63,085 nt of DNA from Mizuhopecten yessoensis (Eukaryota), in the NCBI RefSeq assembly GCF_002113885.1, contig NW_018408321.1, positions 860,163 through 923,247 on the forward strand, read 5' to 3'. Made by a program: the position numbers and the translations under genes. The notes under the pieces were generated by a model. That model was not told the origin of the DNA. It ran no database searches and worked only from the letters and a program-made list of their open reading frames with translations. Every line of letters starts with the position of its first letter. Within the stretch, counting starts at the first letter, position 1. Positions 58,301 through 63,085 of this stretch are shown piece by piece.

Positions 58301-61300
58301 TGCATCATACTACCAAATATACCATTGAAATACCACCCTCAAGATAACTATGCATCATACTACCAAATCAACCATTGAAATACCAGCCTCAAGATAACTA
58401 TGCATCATACTACCAAATCTACCATTGAAATACCACCCTCAAGATAACTATGCATCCTACTGCCCAATCTACCACATGAGTACATGTACTATCCTTAAAT
58501 TCATTACACATCATAGTTCTACATCTTCTATTGGAATACCACCCTTAAATTAACAGTGCATAATAAAACAAATCTACCAATTAGATATCACTTTCAAGAA
58601 AATGTATCAAACAACCAGATCTATATCTAGAATATCACCCTCAAGTAAACTTTACCATTATTTACAGGTACTTAATAATAATGCTTCAATGCATACCATT
58701 AGTGTTACATGAAATCATTACATATAGGCATTTGGATATGTTTTACTAGATATTTACCATTCTCTTTTTACTTAATTTTGTATAAGTATCCTTTATTTTG
58801 GAGAAAATCTCAGACATGGATTTGTTTTGTGAACCATAGATGACAATCTTGAAGCACTTGAGTGGCAGACCTGCCATAATCCATTGAGCAGCACAGTGAA
58901 GCATGACTGACAGCACATGCTCAGGACTTTTATTCTGAAATCAAGGGAGAGTAACGCAGAAGGTGAGTTTGGACCAAGCACGTCAAATCAATCTTATCTC
59001 AGTACTATGTATACAAACATAAGGTAATCAAATACTAAAAATCAATCGTATCTCAGTATTATATATATACAAACATAAGGTAATCAAATACTAAAAATCA
59101 ATCTTATCTCAGTACTATGTATACAAACATAAGGTAATCAAATACTAAAAATAAATCGTATCTCAGTATTATATATATACAAACATAAGGTTATCAAATA
59201 CTAAAAATCAATCTTATCTCAGTACTATACATACAAACATAAGGTAATCAAATACTAAAATACAAACATAAGGTTATCAAATACTAAAAAACATTATAAT
59301 CTCAGTAATATATATACAAACATAAGGTTATCAAATACTAAAAACCAAACTTATCTCAGTATTATATACAAACATAAGGTAATCAAATACTAACAAGAGT
59401 ATATACTGCGGGGCGGATCAATATATGCCCGTCGAATGTCATATAGTGTTATATACTTTCTTACATTGAAATAAGATCTACAACATTCTAAGAGTGGTTA
59501 GCTGACATGCTATAAAAAATGTATGAGAAAATCCCCGGACAAATAATCAAATACTGAAATGAACAAAGGGCAATAACTTTTGCAATAATCGTCAAATCAA
59601 AATTCTTTTAAGGGAGACTTAACTTCATATCATGATTATAATTTATACCAAGTTTCAAAGAGATCCGTTGAAATATCTAGGAGGAGATTGCCGGACAAAA
59701 AATCAAATACTGAAATGAACAAAGGGCAATAACTTTTAGAAAAATTGTTGAATCAAAATTCTTTCAATGGAGACACAACTTCATATCATGATTATAATGT
59801 ATAATAAGCTTCAAAGAGATCCGTTAAAAAATGTAGGAACTGGGTGCAAATTTTGTGGGATCAAATATATTTTTATGGGACAAGTATGAGGGTCACCACG
59901 ATACGGGTGATTATACCCACACAGACAGAGCTGGAACTGCCTGATGGCCGTCGTAAAGTAGGTCACCACGATACGGGTGATTATACCCACACAGACAGAG
60001 CTGGAACTGCCTGATGGCCGTCGTAAAGTAGGTCACCACGATACGGGTGATTATACCCACACAGACAGAGCTGGAACTGCCTGATGGCCGTCGTAAAGTA
60101 GGTCACCACGATACGGGTGATTATACCCACACAGACAGAGCTGGAACTGCCTGATGGCCGTCGTAAAGTAGGTCACCACGATACGGGTGATTATACCCAC
60201 ACAGACAGAGCTGGAACTGCCTGATGGCCGTCGTAAAGTAGGTCACCACGATACGGGTGATTATACCCACACAGACAGAGCTGGAACTGCCTGATGGCCG
60301 TCGTAAAGTAGGTCACCACGATACGGGTGATTATACCCACACAGACAGAGCTGGAACTGCCTGATGGCCGTCGTAAAGTAGGTCACCACGATACGGGTGA
60401 TTATACCCACACAGACAGAGCTGGAACTGCCTGATGGCCGTCGTAAAGTAGGTCACCACGATACGGGTGATTATACCCACACAGACAGAGCTGGAACTGC
60501 CTGATGGCCGTCGTAAAGTAGGTCACCACGATACGGGTGATTATACCCACACAGACAGAGCTGGAACTGCCTGATGGCCGTCGTAAAGTAGGTCACCACG
60601 ATACGGGTGATTATACCCACACAGACGGAGCTGGAACTGCCTGATGGCCGTCGTAAAGTAGGTCACCACGATACGGGTGATTTTACCCACACAGACAGAG
60701 CTGGAACTGCCTGATGGCCGTCGTAAAGTAGGTCACCACGATACGGGTGATTATACCCACACAGACAGAGCTGGAACCGCCTGATGATTTCATTGATAGC
60801 ATTAGGGCATATTAAGGTCAGAGAAACCAGTGGCCGTCGTAAAGTAGGTCACTAGGGTACTCAATAAATACCTGATGGCCTGTGGCAAGTAGTGGTGTGA
60901 TTACTGTAGTCTCTTTGTTGTTGAATACTGGTACAAACACACGAAACATCTGACGGATATCTTCTACTATTGTGCAATCTCCCCTCGTTCTGTAATAACA
61001 AACATTTATCATTTACTTTCACTTATCAACTTAATTCAAAAGTAACAACTTGGTTTTATTTTCTTATTGGAGGTGGGAATTCATTTTTGAACTAGAAGTT
61101 ATTATTACAAGTATTGAAACTTCTAGTTTTAAGTACATATATATATGTATTTTATGTCATAAACACACAATAAATGAGACCATAAGATATTTTACTGTCA
61201 AATATCTCATTTAAAATAATCTAAGAAAACTTTATATGATTTTGACATAGCAAAGGACTTCACCACATATAGTTGAGGGTTGCGCTATTACCTTTCAAAA

Positions 61301-61466
61301 CAGAGAAGTCGTTTGTAGGGAAGGTGTCCCTCCAAGGGCTGTGAAAGCCAGCAGTGGAATTGTCTTCTCAAGTCTAACTCCATAGACCTACTCAATTGAT
61401 GCACATTCATACCCAGTTCAGTCTTCAGTGCCCCGATTACCGTTCCTCTCATTGGAGCATAGTCAC
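46302..61466 (-). CDS. Macrodomain-like + 3x TIR domain protein with Thr-rich repeat stalk and C-terminal CaaX motif (5' end lies beyond the window)
   Basis: Phase-consistent exon chain on the minus strand: 61466-61292, 60989-60872, 58934-58758, 56902-56709, 55901-55728, 55589-55324, 53668-53532, 52566-52378, 52130-51472, 49574-49466 (GC donor), 46961-46302. Total 2858 nt, about 952 aa, no internal stops. TIR hallmarks: FDIFIMF..WQDQIFQKMSSCLKIIVVLTPLFVNSSECLEQFNMA; YDIFISYSHKN..KIFYDRSELTMGSMWQKTLYDSVDGARCVIALVSQTYVSSLICQEEYNIA; CDVAIGFA..DTARAIVLFLSEEFVSSEEHMQNLHLA. Macro-like motif TTVITPLLATGHQ..AAQWIMAGLPLKCFKIVIY. Ends SKSCQIL*. Confidence 0.88.
46540..46875 (-). repeat. Coding 42-bp (14-aa, KPTEDKSATTGTVS) tandem repeat, about 7 copies, in the last exon of the Macro-TIR gene
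   Basis: In frame within ORF 46302-46961. Confidence 0.9.
47391..49045 (+). mobile_element. Non-autonomous HINE/pearl-type element (outer copy) with an inner copy nested at 48083-48913
   Basis: Both copies start with (AC)AAGAGGCCC..GCCTGTAT(C/T)GCTCAC(C/T)TGGATAT-like sequence. Both end with a 3' stem-loop (GCTCACCTTGGTCCTTCGGACCCGGGGAGCTAAAA; TTCACCTTGGTACTTCAAACCAGGTGTGCTAAAAA). A GACG microsatellite precedes the inner 3' end; internal tandem core repeats are present. Confidence 0.7.
50369..51387 (+). mobile_element. HINE/pearl-type element with roughly 320-bp internal tandem repeats
   Basis: 5' ACAAGAGGCCCAAGGGCCTT..GGTCACCTGAG; about 2.5 core units starting near 50531, 50858 and 51174; GAC microsatellite; 3' hairpin GTCACTTGAGCAAAGCTCAGATGAC followed by AAAAA. 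Confidence 0.72.
51480..51978 (-). other. TIR domain 3 (divergent, catalytic Glu replaced by Asn)
   Basis: CDVAIGFA, LQDIDTARAIVLFLSEEFVSSEEHMQNLHLALCR, VVHFVQ. Asn codon at 51773-51771. Confidence 0.7.
53062..53310. repeat. 26-bp minisatellite (intronic)
   Basis: GGACTTGTTGAAGGGTACAGTTTTTT units. Confidence 0.9.
54110..55160. repeat. 49-bp satellite, about 21 copies, with alternating variants (intronic)
   Basis: AAACAACAAGCACACAATGACTTCAGCTATTGTAAATTGAACAATATAT units at 54172, 54221, 54270 and onward. Confidence 0.95.
55525..56880 (-). other. TIR domain 1 (catalytic Glu replaced by Gln)
   Basis: FDIFIMF (betaA), W..QIFQKM, IIVVLTPLFVNSSECLEQF (betaC-alphaC), ILQPFYV (betaD), LVQYQDCR (betaE). 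Codon CAG (Q) at 55849-55847. Confidence 0.75.
57060..58480. repeat. 50-bp satellite, about 27 copies (intronic)
   Basis: TACCACCCTCAAGAAAACTATGCATCATACTACCAAATCTACCATTGAAA; a variant unit recurs at 57281, 57481, 57631 and 57781. Confidence 0.96.
58985..59392. repeat. Roughly 55-bp minisatellite (intronic)
   Basis: ATCAATCTTATCTCAGTACTATGTATACAAACATAAGGTAATCAAATACTAAAA units. Confidence 0.9.
59393..59840 (+). mobile_element. Truncated HINE-type element (3' end missing) with a roughly 155-bp internal duplication
   Basis: Starts ACAAGAG..GCGGGGCGG..GCCCGTC; duplicated core CCGGACAAA..AATACTGAAATGAACAAAGGGCAATAACTTTT; ends abruptly before the 70-bp array. Confidence 0.55.
59891..60786. repeat. 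Near-perfect 70-bp tandem array, 12.8 copies (intronic)
   Basis: GGTCACCACGATACGGGTGATTATACCCACACAGACAGAGCTGGAACTGCCTGATGGCCGTCGTAAAGTA at 59891+70n; only three substitutions seen, all in the last three units. Confidence 0.97.
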
Positions 61467-61599
61467 CTTTTGTTGTAAGTTAAACAATTAATATTAGTAT
61501 TTATATAATTTCAGCTCTATATTTCTATAATCATAAAATTTTGTTATCTTTCAATCATGGATGAAAAAAGGTTGCAGTCATGCAAATGTCAATCTTTCA

Positions 61600-63085
61600 A
61601 ATGGGCTCTGATGGAGATGGGGTGTAATCAGTGTGATATAACTGTGTAACAATGGGATCAGAGGGAGAAAGTAGCACAAGAATGGGACCAAAGAGACATA
61701 TTAGTGCTACATGGGATCAGAGGGATATATGTGGTAACAATAGAATCAGTGGGATATAACAGTGTAAAAAAAAGATCAGAAGGAGATAGTAGCTCAAAAA
61801 TTGGATCAAAGGAAGATATACTTTTGTAATAATATGATCAAAGGGAGATAGTAGTGAAAAAATGGGATCAGATGGAAATAGTGTAGTAACAATGGGAACA
61901 GAGAAAAATAATATTACAGCTATGGGATCAGACAGAGACAGTAAAGTAACAATGGTATCAGATGGAGACAGTAGAGTAACAATGGGATCAGAGGGAGACA
62001 GTACAGTAACAATGGGATTAGACGGAGACAGTAAAGTAACAATGGGATCAGATGGAGACAGTAGAGTAACAATGGGATCAGAGGGATACAGTAAAGTAAC
62101 AATGGGATCAGAGGGAGACAATAGAGTAACAATGGGATCAGATGGAGATAGTAGCTCAAAAATTGGATCAAAGGAAGATATACTTTTGTAATAATGTGAT
62201 CAAAGGGAAATAGTAGTGAAAAAATGGGATCCGATGGAAATAGTGTTGTAACAATGGGAACAGAGAAAAATAATATTACAGCTATGGGATCAGAATGAGA
62301 CAGTAAAGTAACAATGGTATCAGATGGAGACAGTAGAGAAACAATGGGATCAGGGGGAGACAGTAGAGTAACAATGGGATCAGAGGGATACAGTAAAGTA
62401 ACAATGGGATCAGAGGGAGACAGTAGAGTAACAATGGGATCAGAGGGAGACAGTAGAGTAACAAAAGGATCAGATGGAAACAGTATAGTAACAATGGGAT
62501 CAGAGGGAGACAGTAGAGTAACAATGGGATCAGAGGGATACAGTATAGTAAAAATGGGATCAGAGGGAGACAGTAGAGTAACAATGGGATCAGAGGGAGA
62601 CAGTAGAGTAACAATGGGATCAGATGGAGACAGTATAGTAACAAAGGGATCAGAGGGTGACAGTGGAGTAACAATAGGATCAGATGGAGACAGTAGAGTA
62701 ACAATGGGATCAGAGGGAGACAGTAGAGTAACAATAGGATCAGAGGGATACAGTAGACTAACAATGGGATCAGAGGCAGACAATAGAGTAACAATGGGAT
62801 CAGAGGGATACAGTAGAGTAACAATGGGATCAGAGGCAGACAGTAAAGTAACAATTGGATCAGAGTGATACAGTAGAGTAGCAATGGGATCAGAGTGATA
62901 CAGTAAATTAACAATGGGATCAGAGGGATACAGTAAAGTAACAATGGGATCAGATGAAGACAGTAGAGTAACAATGGGATCAGAGGGATACAGTAGACTA
63001 ACAATGGGATCAAAGGGTGATGGTAGTGTAACAATTGCATCAGAGGGAGACAGTAGAGTAACAATGGGATCAGAGGGAGACAGTA
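61600..63085. repeat. 30-bp minisatellite with a roughly 360-bp higher-order duplication (intronic, runs off the window)
   Basis: ACAATGGGATCAGAGGGAGACAGTAGAGTA units; the block starting GATAGTAGCTCAAAAATTGG occurs at about 61786 and 62147. Confidence 0.95.

Larger units (their letters stand above)
58790..61466 (-). other. Macrodomain-like region of the TIR protein (exons 61466-61292, 60989-60872, 58934-58758)
   Basis: Spliced translation GDYAPMRGTVIGALKTELGMNVHQLSRSMELDLRRQFHCWLSQPLEGHLPYKRLLCFERTRGDCTIVEDIRQMFRVFVPVFNNKETTVITPLLATGHQNKSPEHVLSVMLHCAAQWIMAGLPLKCFKIVIY. The strand-PLLATG-helix-strand ending resembles the macro-fold diphosphate-binding loop (SIAxPxIGTG-type). The N-terminal GDI-type motif would lie in an exon outside the window. 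Assigned by motif recognition, not by HMM. Confidence 0.62.

Noticed and set aside
58793-58981. Listed 62-aa ORF (MLGPNSP...)
   Set aside because: Wrong frame; the real exon (58934-58758) reads NKSPEHVLSVML...GLPLKCFKIVIY in another frame.
59891-60786. CRISPR-like regular array
   Set aside because: The units are contiguous and identical with no unique spacers, there are no cas genes, and it sits in a eukaryotic intron.
61717-63064. Long ORFs (SPSDPIVTLL, MGSEGDSRVT and LIPLLLYC repeats)
   Set aside because: They arise from a 30-bp minisatellite open in several frames on both strands, located in an intron of the Macro-TIR gene.

Overview
AT-rich, intron-rich animal DNA with two assembly gaps. 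The repeat repertoire (pearl/HINE-type elements, V/Meta-core SINE, Penelope-like elements) suggests a mollusc, probably a bivalve; this is inference. I assembled three spliced genes by hand from splice sites and phase continuity. (1) CLHC1 on the minus strand, 8 coding exons, 689 aa. (2) PSMC4/Rpt3, a 26S proteasome ATPase, on the plus strand, 9 exons, 417 aa, head-to-head with CLHC1 across a roughly 160-bp promoter with ETS-CRE and YY1 motifs. (3) A 5'-truncated minus-strand gene, 11 visible exons and more than 950 aa, mostly invisible in the ORF track. It encodes a macrodomain-like N-terminus, three tandem TIR domains (only the middle one keeps the catalytic Glu), a 14-aa-repeat Thr-rich stalk and a C-terminal CaaX motif (CQIL). 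This Macro-TIR3-CaaX protein is the main candidate for a novel system: it puts a putative ADPR-signal writer and reader, reminiscent of bacterial type II Thoeris, into one membrane-anchored animal protein. The left 22 kb has no confident CDS. It holds tandem repeats, decayed Penelope-like and DIRS-like retroelements, SINEs, an E-box/D-box cluster and possible non-coding exons.
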